A stretch of DNA of 64,000 bases, taken from positions 7,440,001 through 7,504,000 of the forward strand of contig OZ024743.1 of the NCBI GenBank assembly GCA_964016885.1. The letters run 5' to 3'. The first letter of the stretch is position 1. Every line of letters begins with the position of its first letter. Position numbers and translations under genes: made by a program. The stretch is from Eledone cirrhosa (lineage: Eukaryota). Shown piece after piece: positions 26,226 through 43,922 of the stretch. The notes under the pieces are model-generated. The model ran no database searches. It was not told the DNA's origin and saw only the letters and a program-made list of their open reading frames with translations.

Positions 26226-26410
26226 GGGCGGTGGATTGGCAGTATCGGTAGAGGGTCGGACGCCATGCTTTCCAGCATAGTTACGTCCCTTTACGATCTG
26301 AGTTCAAATACCGCCGAGGTTGACTTTGCCTTTCATCCTTACGGGGTCGAGAAAATAAAGTACCAGTAATGCACTGGGTAATTGCTGGTCTTGTGCCTAA
26401 AGTAGAAACA
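26226..26410 (+). mobile_element. Full-length tRNA-derived SINE family 1
   Basis: GGGCGGTGGATTGGCAGTATCGG (A box), GAGTTCAAATACC (B box), core GCCTTTCATCCTTACGGGGTCGA, AT-rich tail; core resembles Meta/Sauria-type SINE cores from memory. Confidence 0.85.
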
Positions 26411-28688
26411 ATTATATTATATTATAGATAAAATTGGCAGCTGAAGAATATCCAACGGATTTTTACGAGGTAGTATACTATTTTATTTCAGACTGGCCTT
26501 AATGTTCATATATGGCCAAATTACAGAGTGCTATATTTTTATTATAACTTACTAAGTGAACAAAAAAAAAAAAATCCTGAGTGTTTAGACGTTATCTCCG
26601 TCTTAACATTTAGAGTATCATTTGTATTATTTAATATATATTTTCATGTCGAAATATTTTTTTCAACGTTTCTTCAAATGTCATATATATACAAGAACGT
26701 TGCTCCCTTCTTTCTTTCTCTTAAAGTGGAGCTGTGGTTTAGATAACGGCTCTTAAAGTTACATTCGTTCATATCATAATATGATTTTTCGGTTTATGTG
26801 TTGGTTTTAAATTTCACTTTTTCTTCACAAGTAATAGCCATCTGTACGTATTTGCTATTAAGGGGACAGAATTATTTGTGCCTAGATATATTCAGCATCT
26901 GGGATGTTATTCGAACTATGCTTTCTAAGTTTAGCCATTATTATAATGCGGACGTTTTTATACAGAACTAGCTGACATTAAATACTTTACCGTACCTGCG
27001 ACTAGTAGAGAAGTATTTATTAATTCCAAAAGGTTTGTAGTTATGTTTTTCTTGGCATTTAAACTGAAAAGTACACTGAACCAATTATGTAACATTTGTT
27101 TTTGTTTAAGTAAGTAACTGATTTTTTTCTTTTAATCAGATTTTTTCTCATGCGTTGTTACAGCAATTAGCAACTTTATGGAAGCTTGTCTTAAGCGAGG
27201 ATATATTAGATACTAATTTGCTTATAGTACTATTAAAACATCATGCATGTCATTCAACCCTGCAGTGTTTCAATCACTGAGGAGGGAATACAACAGTTAT
27301 GTGTGGCATTTGATGGAAACTTGTAACAATTTCGGCATCAAATGATCTATCATCAAACGTAGCACGCCACATATCATAAGAACATCTACGAATAGCAGAA
27401 AATAGTCATCTTTATTAATATAACTTAATGCCAGAAATAATGTCAAAATATCACCAAGAAATAAATTTTATTTAGTTGATTGTAATAAAGAATTTCAAGA
27501 CTAGCAATACATTTAAGATCAGTGCGACGTTTAAGAAAAGCAAGGGGTCTAAAGTATGGTGCCTCACGAAAAACAGTTCATATTTGAGATAATCTCCTGT
27601 TGATGTACCATCTGATGATTGCTGTATAACAAAAAAAAACAAAAAAAAAAAATTCTGAACTAATCAAAATTAGTCAACTTTAACTATGACTTTAAATTTA
27701 ACTAATTTACTTAGGGAACGGAAACACGCACAAAATATCGTAAGGATATACAAATTGGCAGTAGAAGATTGTTCTTGAAACATATACACCAGATCCACAC
27801 ACAAAGAAACCAAACTCCCACTGTCACTGCCTCCGTCTCTCCCACTCTCCTTATCTCTCACTGGGGGATAACGTGCTGGCTGCCCCGCGGCCCAGCAGAC
27901 AGATATATATTTGCATATTTGCTAATTTTTAGGGTGCTTATTTGTGAAAGTTACGTTGCAACGTCTCGAAGATAATCAGGCACAAGCAGCTAAAATCACT
28001 CCATGTCAGTCGTATATATCCAGCATTGTGATGGCGATTAAACGCCACAGAGTGTTCATGTATGAAATAACGTTAATACAAATGTTATGTTTATATAATT
28101 ATATTTAGTACATTATACGTATTTCAATAAGACGATGGATAGTTATTATGTAATGGTTACACAAGTAACTGGCACCGGTGAGACATCAGATGTTAACGCA
28201 ATTATGTGAAGTAGTTTTATTGGTACGTTGATATCTCACAGGTAAAATAGTTTCCTCCTGGTGTAGATCCAGCGAACATACATATATGCTATGGTCTTCA
28301 ACAGTTTCATTTTACCACTCGCAAAGCATTGTATAACATATATTACAGAAGTGAGATCGAAACGAGATTACGAAGCGAACTTTTCAACCACAGAGCTATG
28401 ATTGCTCTTATAAAAAATGTTCATGCATATATTTAGAAAGGCAAAACTTCAAAGCGAGTATGGTCTTACATTTAATTTCTTTCTAATTTACGAATTTCTT
28501 GTAGTTTATAGAAAGGACACTCTGGAACGAATATTTATTCAGTTGTTTCCACTATCGCCACGCATGAAGTAAAACAAACAATAACAACAAGAGCAAAAAT
28601 TAGTTTCAATTCTGTTTCAGAAAGTAATATAATTAATAGGAATATTACTAAATTATTAATGACCAGTTCCTACACGTATGAAACTTCA

Positions 28689-31105
<2,417 letters not shown>

Positions 31106-31470
31106 AAACACCAGCAAACATTTGTTTAATTCTATAAATATATATTTCTACTTAAAATAATTAAATACATTATATATTCAATATACAAAAATTATTTAAA
31201 ATCATTTTGTTACAAATTTCATCATACTGATCTTTATGTTTCTAGCTGTTTAATTAATTCATTTACAATAATTTCATGTATAGAATCATTCTTTGATATA
31301 ACAACATATAATTCAATTTAATTATCAATAACTTAATAATCTAATTATCAACTAATAGTCTTTATGTTGCTAGACTTCATTTATATTAATAATACAGTTT
31401 TGTTGTTTAATTTCCTTTACACTTGTTTTGAAGATTCTGAGCACTTTCTATCTATCTATCTATCTATCTA

Positions 31471-33670
31471 GTCACGCTAGTGAGGAAGGACGAGAACAAG
31501 GGGGACGAAATAAGTAACTTCAGGCCCATAACACTGCTAAATACAGAGTTACAGATTTTGGCCAAGGTGCTAGCAAAGAGGTTGGCGCTTGTCGTGGGCA
31601 ACCTGGTGGGAGATGCGCAGACATGCGCTATCCCGTCCAGGTCCATCCATGACAACCTCCACCTCATGCGATACATCATAGAGAGGGTTGGGAACGAACC
31701 CGGCTTTGGTGGGGCTCTGATCAACTTGGATCAATCTAAGGCGTTCGATAGGGTCGACCATGGTTACCTGGATGCGGTGCTAGCGGCGGCAGGCTTCGGA
31801 CCCGTTTTCAGGGGCTGGATCACTGCTATGCACAGCAGCCGCATCTGCTCTAGGGTCAAGGTGAACGGCTACCTCTCGAGCCGTTCAAAATCGCGCGGTC
31901 CATCCGACAAGGGTGCCCTCTCTCCTCCCTTCTGTATGTGTTGACTCTCGAGCCACTACCGCGGAAGTTGGAGTTGTTGCAGGGCATCCCTTTGGAACCG
32001 GGATTGCGGAAAGCGGTGTCGGCCTACGCCGATGACGTGACAGTAATGGTGTCGACGGCCTCCGAAATCGAGGCGGTCGGCACCTTACTGGAGGAGTACG
32101 AAAGTTCACAGGGCTAAGCTGAACCGGGACAAGTCGATCGGTTTGCAACTCGGCACGTGGAGGGGCAGACCGATGCCCTCCGATAGCGTCGTCGGACGCT
32201 GGACGGAGGGCCCGGTGAAGTTGCTCGGGTCTGGTTCGGACCGGACCTCCAGGTGGAGAAAAACTGGGCGGAGGTTACGAACAGGGTGTTTGCACTGACC
32301 CAGAAGTGGGCCAGTTGCAAACTATCCCTGAAAGGCCGGGCGGAGGTGGCGAACACCTACATAGCGTCCGTCATCTACTACCGCCTGACCGTAGTGCCCT
32401 GCCAAGGGAAACCCTCACCAAGATGGAGCGCGCGCTCTTCCAATTCCTTTGGAAGAGGCGGGCTCCTATGGTGAGGAGATCCATCTGCTGTCAACACCCT
32501 TCGAAAGGAGGGCTGGGGATTGCCGTGGCTAATGATGCGTAAACACGCATTAAGGCTACGGCACCTCTACGTATTCCTCACCGGACAACCGGTGTGGGCC
32601 TCGTTTGTGAGACGAACCTTTCCAGACTCGTCTCACTCACCGAGCTGCAATCCTGGGTCAAGCAAAGACCGAGAAAACTGGGCGCCTGGCACACTGAGTG
32701 TGCCCAGGCGCTCACCGCCCTCTGGCAGGCGGATCCGGTTATCAGTGGAGACTCCACCGCAACATTCTATAGAGGGCTAGTACGCAGCAGGTGCGACGAC
32801 GCCCTCGGAGAAGCCCTAGACATGGAGGAGGACGAACTGGCCAGCCTGTTCGGTAGGACATTCAGCCCGGGACCTATGGACAACTTCCAGAAGTCCCTGG
32901 CCTGGCAGTGCTACCGAGGGGCTTTACCCGTTCGAGAAAGGCTCTACAGACACGGGCGCCCGGGTAGGGACCCCGCCAAAAAGATCTGTCCCAGATGCGT
33001 GTGCGACGAGGAAACCGTTGCACACGCATTAGTACACTGCTCGGGCGTAGCCGATCTGTGGGGCTATGTCGAACAACTGCTGTCAAGGGTGGGACCGATC
33101 CGGTTGACCACCGAGTCTATTGTAATGATCAAGCCGCCTCCCCCCTTCAAAGATGAAGCAGAGGCGGTGTTTCTGTGCGTAATAGCCATGGCGAAAGAGG
33201 TTGTATGGTGGACGCGTCTGAAAGGACTGAGGTCGGGCACCTTTCTCTCTGGCCAACAACTGGTCCGTTTCTTCCGATATCATTTCGGAAGAAGGATCAG
33301 GATGGAGAGAGAGGTGCTGCACACCCCAGCCGTTTCTATGAAAGATGGGTTGAAAGTGGCGAGAATGCCCGTGTGAATGGGCCTTCACTCTACATCAGAC
33401 TATAGGTGAGGAAGATGAAAGACCAAGGGAGCACCCCTTCTCTGTGCTCCTGAGGAGAAGGGTTGCACACTTTTTTCGGGGGTGTGTGCGACCCCCCAAG
33501 GCGCCTCCTCTCTATTGAGGATTTTGTTAAAAATTTTATTTTTTGTTATATCTTATTTATTTTTATATTTTGTTATTGCCTCCTCCTTATTGAGGACGCC
33601 TTTTTGTGTAAACTCCCCCCTTTGTACTTGTCCCACTTTTGATGCCCTAGTGGCAAATAAAAGAAATATA
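31471..33670 (+). mobile_element. 5'-truncated Tx1-like LINE (subfamily A) inside a separate (CTAT)n tract
   Basis: RT motifs; 3' part nearly identical to 12647-14216; (CTAT)n at 31448-31470 and 33670-33703; many 1-bp indels. Confidence 0.92.
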
Positions 33671-33703
33671 TCTATCTATCTATCTATCTATTTATCTATC
33701 TAT

Positions 33704-35725
<2,022 letters not shown>

Positions 35726-38289
35726 TTTGTATGATCTAGTCAACTGGATCAGTCTAAATAAATTATTACACTACAACATGGTATCGAGTACTTTTTCTCT
35801 CATTCGTTAACAACAGCACCCCCCCCCCACATATATGCTTGTTTGTTTGTTTGTGTATGTGTGTGTTTTATTTCTAAATAGACAAATAGAAATTGGATTA
35901 GAATTTACGATAGTTTTCCATCTGCACAACGATATTGTTTTGAGTTTGGTCGATAGGTCACAAGATGCATTTATGTGAATTCCTAGGGGAATAGATAATT
36001 AATAAGGAGTCAAAACGGATTTGGGCGACTATGAGGAAAAGAAATGTGAAGTATTTCATCGTAGACCACAACCAATCTTTTAGAGTCCTAGTGACTATAT
36101 TTGAAGCTAGTGAATAGTATGAGAAGATTGAAATAATAGTTAAGAGAAAAAGGAAAGAACAAAATTAATAGCTTGACAAAAATATTAAATTAGACTAAAA
36201 TGAGGAAAGAAAGAGAACAGAGAATAAGGAATTAAACTAAAACAAAACAAAAACAAAAACACACAGAAAAGGTCAAGAGAGACTGGCCGGTCTTTGACTT
36301 GTCAGAAACTTTCCCGTGGCTGCCTCGTTGACAATGTCTGCTGGAAGGAAATTCCCAAATCTGATAGGTTGTGAGGAATACATCAAGGGTATTTCTTTCT
36401 CTTGTTGTGAATATGACGACTTGATAGATAGCTGCTCCGGTAACTGGTGGGTGGGGGATGACTTTTCGTTCTGATGACGTTAAGCTCTGTTTCATTAGAT
36501 GAGTAGACTTCCTCGGCTGTCAAGCATTTCCTAAAAATGATTACGACCCCACTCCAGCCATGTTTGAAATCTTTACGGAAACAAGTATGTAATTCCGGCA
36601 AAGAATTGTGGTCTTTGATGTTGAGGGTGAATTTTGACTCGCTTCCAATTAACACGTCAATGCTTTCGTAGTTTGTGGCTTCCATCGGATTATTATGTGC
36701 TGATTCCCATGTAGGATTTTTATTATTGAATTTTGTCTCAAATTCTGTGTTTTTCTTCAGAATGAGGCAGTACATTGAACATATCTTCTGGTGTTTCTTA
36801 TAAAAAATAATATTTTTAGATAGAGTAATTTCATATCGGTTATTTACAGAGTTCCATTGCAATGTTCAATGAAGCCTGACATTGTTTATACGATGTTAAT
36901 AATTTATGAATTTTTGTAAACACTTTGCTTATAGTTCTATGCTTATGTTCTATGTCTGTAGGCAAAATCAAACGACCGTATTTTAAATCTCCTTATTAGT
37001 TCTTTTGTAGTTTGATTGAAATTGTGTATCGTAAATAATATTAAATTATATTTAAATATATTAATTTTTCTTTGATTAGTAGTCTTTGAGGCGTAAATAG
37101 TACACGGTATTAAATAGGCTATTTCAGGTCAAAGGGTTAGAAATATAGTTCTAGAAAAAAAAAAAAGAACGATTCTAGTTATGTATTTTATTAGAAAATG
37201 GGTATTCTATTTATTGACCCTTTTGCTAGTTTCAAACGAATTTAGCCTCATATATGTTGAAGTAATTTTAGTGGTAGTTTTTTTATTGTCTCAACCGGTA
37301 AAATTGAACTCTGCTAAATTGAAATATTATTATTGATTATTTTCAATGGCTCAAGGGAACGTTTTGGATAATCGATTGTATTGTTTTATTTTAACGATGT
37401 CGTTTCATTACTACGCCATCTTAGACTATTTATCCTGAGTGCAACTTTGGGATCTATATCTACATATCATATCTTTTCTCTTACTGAGTAAACATTTTTT
37501 ACGTGTCTTTTCTCTGCAACGTAGAGTGGGCACATTCTGGAACTGTTTATATGGCGATGGCACAAACTATAATTACTAAGCTTATATATTTCTGCTAAAA
37601 TGTTCTCCATATTTGGAACTTAAGCATCCAAATATGCTGCGGCGAAGATATAGCATTCCTGTACGTTTTGGGACTAATGTGTATGCCACTTACATCTGTC
37701 CTAAATTACTTTTTCCTTTCCCTGAAAAAATTCCAAACAGTTGAGCACTTTAAACGAGCTAAGAACAACGCACCGAAAAACATCGCCATCCCAACAAGAG
37801 CTCTACATCAAGTGACCTATGGAGAAAATCGAAAGTACGTTTTAGAGAATGAAGAGGAGAGCGTTCGTCTTCGATAAAGATATAACTAATACACTTACAA
37901 ATGATCAGTTTAGTTTCAAGTCAAATAAGCATTATCCTTTCATCAACACACGGGAGGAACCCAAAAAGTACTCAGATATCCCCAAATAACCTTGATATAA
38001 TGAAATAACACATTAGTAAATACTTATGCTAGAAACCGCATTTCGAGACTACTTATATAAGTAAAAGCTTAAACCATCTATACACAATTATCAAGCACAT
38101 TAGTAGACGCATCTAATTTATCTTCAAGGCTTCTCCATACTATAATAATGTGATAAGGATATGCGATTTCAGTGAGACGTAAGTTATACAGAACTAATTC
38201 CACTCGAGCTAGCAAACATAGAAAGAGACACTTCACTTGTTTCAATCGACAGTTAATATGAATGCATAGACAAATATAGCAAGATACTT

Positions 38290-38640
38290 ATTAACGGTAA
38301 TCAGAAAAAAGAGGGTAGGTGTAAAAGCCAAACTCGCTATCTTCAATTCAGTATTCGTGCCAACCCTTACCTATAGTCATGAATCTTGGGTAATGACCGA
38401 AAGAATATTATCGCGAATACAAGTGCCCAAAATAGGGTTCCTCCGAAAGGTCTTTGGAGTAACGTTACTCGACAGAGTGTGTAGCTCAGAGATCAGAGAG
38501 TCACTCCAGGTAGAGCTACTACTTCTCTGAATAGAGAGATCACAGCTCCGATACTATGGGCATGGGGTTAGAATGTTGGACAGATTTTACCAGCAAGAGA
38601 CCCAGGAGTAGCCCCGAGGAAGATGGTTGGATAACATCCA
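38290..38640 (+). mobile_element. RTE (Expander/Rex3-like) RT C-terminal remnant
   Basis: Translates to PTLTYSHESWVMTERILSRIQ...GFLRKVFGVTLLDRVCSSEIRESLQVE...IERSQLRYYGH. Confidence 0.75.
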
Positions 38641-38731
38641 TAAAACCCTTTTTGTACAGCCGACCATGTTATTCTTCACTCTTTCACTATGTATGTATGT
38701 ATGTATGTATGTATGTATGTATGTATGTATG

Positions 38732-39141
38732 TCCGGGAGAGATGACCCCTTAGCCTTTGTCAAGGCAGAATTCTAGGAGAAGGAAAACTCTGATATAACA
38801 CCTGCAGCCCTGATGGTATCCAATGATGTTGACTCGTTCTTCTTTTTGGTAAATATCATCTTGGTTAAGAGAGTGGGACTGGCTTTGTGCAGTGCCTTTG
38901 CTCACTATAAAAGCTTCACGGCACAGGCATTGCTTTATATCTGGAGATCTCTCTGCACTTGTCGTCACATGGTACCATGGGGCCTACCATGTGTCAATAA
39001 TTGTCATAAGTGTAGTGTTTGTACCAGAGTTTTCAAGTCGCTGGCTGGACTTAAAAGTCACACTTGTTCAGCGCATCAGTAGGGGTTCTCCTACATGGAT
39101 ATAAAGTAGTGGCCGTACTCGAAAACGAGTTGGCAGCCACC
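38732..39141 (+). mobile_element. Non-autonomous RTE-related element in (ATGT)n
   Basis: RTE 5'-UTR-like CTAGGAGAAGGAAAACTCTGA joined to C-terminal CSVCTRVFKSLAGLKSH and 3' UTR; (ATGT)n on both sides. Confidence 0.7.
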
Positions 39142-39165
39142 ATGTATGTATGTATGTATGTATGT

Positions 39166-39452
39166 ATCATCTTGGTTAAGAGAGTGGGACTGGCTTTGTG
39201 CAGTGCCTTTGCTCACTATAAAAGCTTCACGACACAGGCATTGCTTTATATCTGGAGATCTCTCTGCACTTGTCGTCACATGGTACCATGGGCCCAGCAC
39301 TGTGTCAATAATTGTCACAGGTGTAGTGTTTGTACCAGAGTTGTCAAGTCGCTGGCTGGACTAAAAAGTCACACTCGTTCAGCGCATCAGTAGGGGTTCT
39401 CCTACATGGATATAAAGTAGTGGCCGTACTCGAAAACGAGTTGGCAGCCACC
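39166..39452 (+). mobile_element. Second, 5'-truncated tandem copy of the same RTE-related element
   Basis: Near-identical to about 38855-39141; followed by a long (ATGT)n tail. Confidence 0.85.
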
Positions 39453-39577
39453 ATGTATGTATGTATGTATGTATGTATGTATGTATGTATGTATGTATGT
39501 ATGTATGTATGTATGTATGTATGTATGTATGTATGTATGTATGTATGTATGCATGTATGTATGTATGTATACACACG

Positions 39578-39626
<49 letters not shown>

Positions 39627-39693
39627 GTCTATATACATATATGTATGTATATATATATATATATGTGTGTATATATATATATATTTATATATG

Positions 39694-39738
<45 letters not shown>

Positions 39739-39739
39739 G

Positions 39740-39799
<60 letters not shown>

Positions 39800-39819
39800 T
39801 ATATAGACATATATATACA

Positions 39820-39901
<82 letters not shown>

Positions 39902-39919
39902 TATATATATATGTCTATA

Positions 39920-39988
<69 letters not shown>

Positions 39989-40066
39989 TCTCTGTCTATA
40001 TATATATATATATGTCCGTGTATATATATATATATATGTGTCTATATATATATATATATATACATG

Positions 40067-40130
<64 letters not shown>
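39453..40130. repeat. (ATGT)n/(CA)n/(TA)n compound microsatellite
   Basis: Direct reading. Confidence 0.97.
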
Positions 40131-40132
<2 letters not shown>

Positions 40133-40547
40133 TGGCGGTAGCATTAAGTAAGCGTTTAAGCATAATAGAAGTTCATATGGAAACATATATAAACACATAT
40201 AAAGCGTTTATATACAACACCCATATCGATAGCTTCGCTGTCGAAGTAAAATGTTTTTGTGTAACGAAACGAAAGGAAAAAAAAATTTTTTCTCTATTTT
40301 CCTTTGTGAATATATCACTGAGTTGCCAGTGTGCCCTGAGAATCTCAGACAGCACTGTTTCAAGATTTATTAATCTTTCATCAGTGACACTCACTCAAAA
40401 TGTATTGGCATGAAATAGAATATAGTCTATATAGAATTTTGTGTGATGATCAATTGCTGGTGATACTCATTTGCATATAACAAATAGAAAACATCGACTC
40501 GAGATGCTCTTTTGCATATAGCGCGATTGGTTTTATATATATATATA

Positions 40548-41566
40548 TGTTTATGCCGGGTTCAATCGGGGGTAAACACAGTAAGTAACGTACTCAAAAC
40601 ACAGAAGATTATGAATATTTAATATAGAAATGGCTTCTACAGGACTAGAACTGTTTCATCCGTATAGAAATCATCAGGAAAGCCCTGATGATTTCCATAC
40701 GAATGAAACAGTTCTAGTCCTGTGGAAGCAAAGCGTGGACTAAGTTCTAAGACCTTGAAAAAATCACTGCCTACTAGGTCGGTGGCAAATTCAAAAGAAT
40801 CAATCACGTGACATCGAGGTTAATCAGTGAGGAGTGGTTTGTTAAGAAGACAGCAGCCGAACCGTTACTATGAACTATAGGAGCAGTTTTGGCAAATTTT
40901 GGCTCAACAAAATAATTTGGAGATAATTATAAAGAATTAGTATATCTACCAACATATATATACAGATGCATACCTATGCCATCAAATATATAGGTTTTGT
41001 CTTAGTAACTTTGTGGTTCAATGCATGGGGATGCAGAACAATAATATCTCCAAATTATTTTGTTGAGCCAAAATTTGCCAAAACTGCTACTATAGTTCAT
41101 AGTAATGGTTCGGCTGCTGTCTTCTTAACAAACCACTCCTCACTGATTAACCTCGATGTCACGTGATTGATTCTTTTGAATTTGCCACCGACGCAGTAGG
41201 CAGTGATTTTTTCAAGGTCTTGGAATTTAGTCCACGCTTTGCTTTTTTCCATCCACTGAATTATTTTTGTATAAGTTCCCTGTGTCCACGCATTGCCTGG
41301 AAACTTAGCTGAGAATAGACTTCCCTGATGACGAAAGGACTTCTCCGTGGATTTCTTCGGAAACCATGTTTATTCCCTTTCAGAAACTAATTAGTTGGAG
41401 TGAAATTTTAGTAAGTAAGTTAATTTTTATAATTTTCTTATTTTACGTCTTTCATATTATTGTTCTGCATCCCCATGCATTGAACCACAAAGTTACTAAG
41501 ACAAAACCTATATATTTGCTGGCATAGGTATACATCTGTATATATATGTTAGTAGATATACTAATT

Positions 41567-41570
<4 letters not shown>
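40548..41570. mobile_element. Rearranged (TA)n-flanked Penelope-like terminal element with nested inverted repeats
   Basis: Inverted pairs 40633-40678/40684-40729, 40727-40930/41041-41243 and 40931-41045/41456-41570; contains hammerhead motifs. Confidence 0.7.
40632..40684 (-). ncRNA. Type I hammerhead ribozyme
   Basis: Minus strand: ggctttc-CTGATGA-tttctatacggat-GAAACAG-ttctagtc-CTGTA-gaagcc; GUA triplet, weak stem II. Confidence 0.65.
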
Positions 41571-41608
<38 letters not shown>

Positions 41609-41785
41609 GTATGTATATGGTATGTGTGTGTAGAAAAAACGGCGAGGGATAGAGATAGGTAGGTAAAAATATAAAGTGAGGAAGAGTTAGGGATAGAAGG
41701 GTTAGAATACAGGATAAAAACAGAGAAAAGTAAAGACTGATTAAGAGAGAGAGAGCGAGGGAGCGAGCGAGAGAGAGAGAGAGAG

Positions 41786-41857
<72 letters not shown>

Positions 41858-42107
41858 TCTACCGGTATTTTTCAATGCTGTAGTAGTAGTGTAATCAAAG
41901 TTTATTAGTTTATTGTTTTAGTTATCAAAATGCAATAGTCTTATCCGTTATATTTCAAGTAAGAAACTAGAAAATAATCTTGTACCAGGAACAACAGAAC
42001 AGCAAATTAATAATAATAAAATATACAGTTGAGTTTTCAACACCACTTGTCTAAATAAAGAAATGTTACCCCCATACAGGAATATCAATACCCCCCTCTC
42101 TCTCTCT

Positions 42108-42108
42108 G

Positions 42109-42144
<36 letters not shown>

Positions 42145-42196
42145 TATATGTATATGTATATGTATATATATATATATGTATATGTATATATATATG

Positions 42197-42245
<49 letters not shown>

Positions 42246-42264
42246 GTATATATATATATATATA

Positions 42265-42316
<52 letters not shown>

Positions 42317-42417
42317 TAAATATCTATATATATAAACATACATATGTATATTATATATACATATATATATAAGTAAATATATATATGTATATATATATAC
42401 ATATATATATAAGTAAA

Positions 42418-42463
<46 letters not shown>

Positions 42464-42490
42464 TGTATATAGTATATATATATATACATT

Positions 42491-42541
<51 letters not shown>
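42108..42541. repeat. (TA)n-rich array; a (GA)n run lies upstream at 41744-41854
   Basis: Direct reading. Confidence 0.95.
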
Positions 42542-42542
<1 letters not shown>

Positions 42543-42754
42543 CACGTACATACTTTCACACACGCACAATATATATGTTCACTATTTATATTCATGCAGT
42601 GATGTCAAATAAATAAAGAGGAAGAGCTTTTCTCGGCAGCAATTAACCTACTTATCACTTGAGGAGGAGCTTAGGAAAGTTAGAACGCTCTCCATATTCA
42701 CAATAAAAAGTATTGCACGCCTACATTAATATACTATACATTCTATATAAAATA

Positions 42755-43330
42755 ATTGTTTCTACTTTTGGCACAAGGCCACCAATTTTCAGTACATTAC
42801 TGGTACTTTATTTTATCGACCCCGTAAGGATGAAACGCAAAGTTAACCTCGGCGGGATTTGAACTCAGACCGTGAAGGGACGTAACTATGCTGGAAAGTA
42901 TGGCGTCCGACCCTCTACCGATACTGCTAATCCACCGCCCTAACATGGCGTCCGACCCTCTACCGATACTGCCAATCCACCGCCCTAGCATGGTGCCCGA
43001 CCCTCTACCGATACTGCCAATCCACCGCCCTAGCATGGTGCCCGACCCTCTACCGATACTGCCAACCCACCGCCCTAGCATGGCGTCCGACCCTCTACCG
43101 ATTCTGCCAATCCACCGTAAAATAATGATTTCTACTATAGGGACAAGGCCAGCAATTTTTTGGGGAGGAAAGTCGATTAAATCGACACCAGTGCATTACT
43201 GGTGCTTCATTTTATCCACCCCTTAAGGATGAAAGGCAAAGCTAACCTCGGCGGGATTTGAACTCAGAACGTAAAGGGTTGTAACTCTCTGCTGCGAAGT
43301 AGGGTGTCCGACGCTCTACCAACACTACCA
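42755..43330 (-). mobile_element. Two SINE family 1 copies, the first with five tandem 45-bp head repeats (42899-43117)
   Basis: CATGGCGTCCGACCCTCTACCGATACTGCCAATCCACCGCCCTAG repeated about five times. Confidence 0.85.
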
Positions 43331-43888
43331 TAAAATAACATGTATAGACAAGCTTCTAAAGGCGTTTGATTTGGTAGAGTTGTTAGAGCGCGGGATTTAT
43401 GCTCCGACCCCCCTGCGATCTGGGTTCAAATCCCGATCTATCACCTCCTGGATGTTCCACTGGACCAAGGAGGGGAAGGCTGAAAGGGTGTCTCTGTTTG
43501 TTTGCGACTGCATGGATACCTAAAGCCATTAGCGAGAGCATGGTACGTACTAGTAAGTCATACTAGATTGCGAGTTACGGCTTGCTGTAGTTATAGCCAA
43601 GTTCCTAGCTTTATAATATTCTATTTCAGAAACATGACTGTGTTTCTTAGTAATGACCCCTTCTCTCATACGACGCTTTATTTCGACGTTTAGAATAAAT
43701 TTGCAATCTACATGAGTATTTTTCAATATATTCAATAAATATCTGCTCGTCAGTTTTTCTTCACCTATATGTATATGACTGTTATATACATTCCGATAAC
43801 TATTTATTATACACAATGACAAGAATACATCTAGAAATAATTAAAAAAAAAATGGATTTATGGTATTTTTATGGTCACAAATATTCTT

Positions 43889-43922
43889 ATACTAGCAGAC
43901 CTACCCGGTAGTGCCTCGGTAT
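43889..43922 (-). other. Helitron-like 3' end
   Basis: Minus strand TACCGAGGCACTACCGGGTAGGTCTGCTAG|T: imperfect GC hairpin shortly before CTAG. Confidence 0.45.

Noticed and set aside
36232-36862. Possible LINE endonuclease remnant on the minus strand
   Set aside because: Only weak motif hints (LIGSES, FRKD, GVVI); too degraded to call without an HMM search
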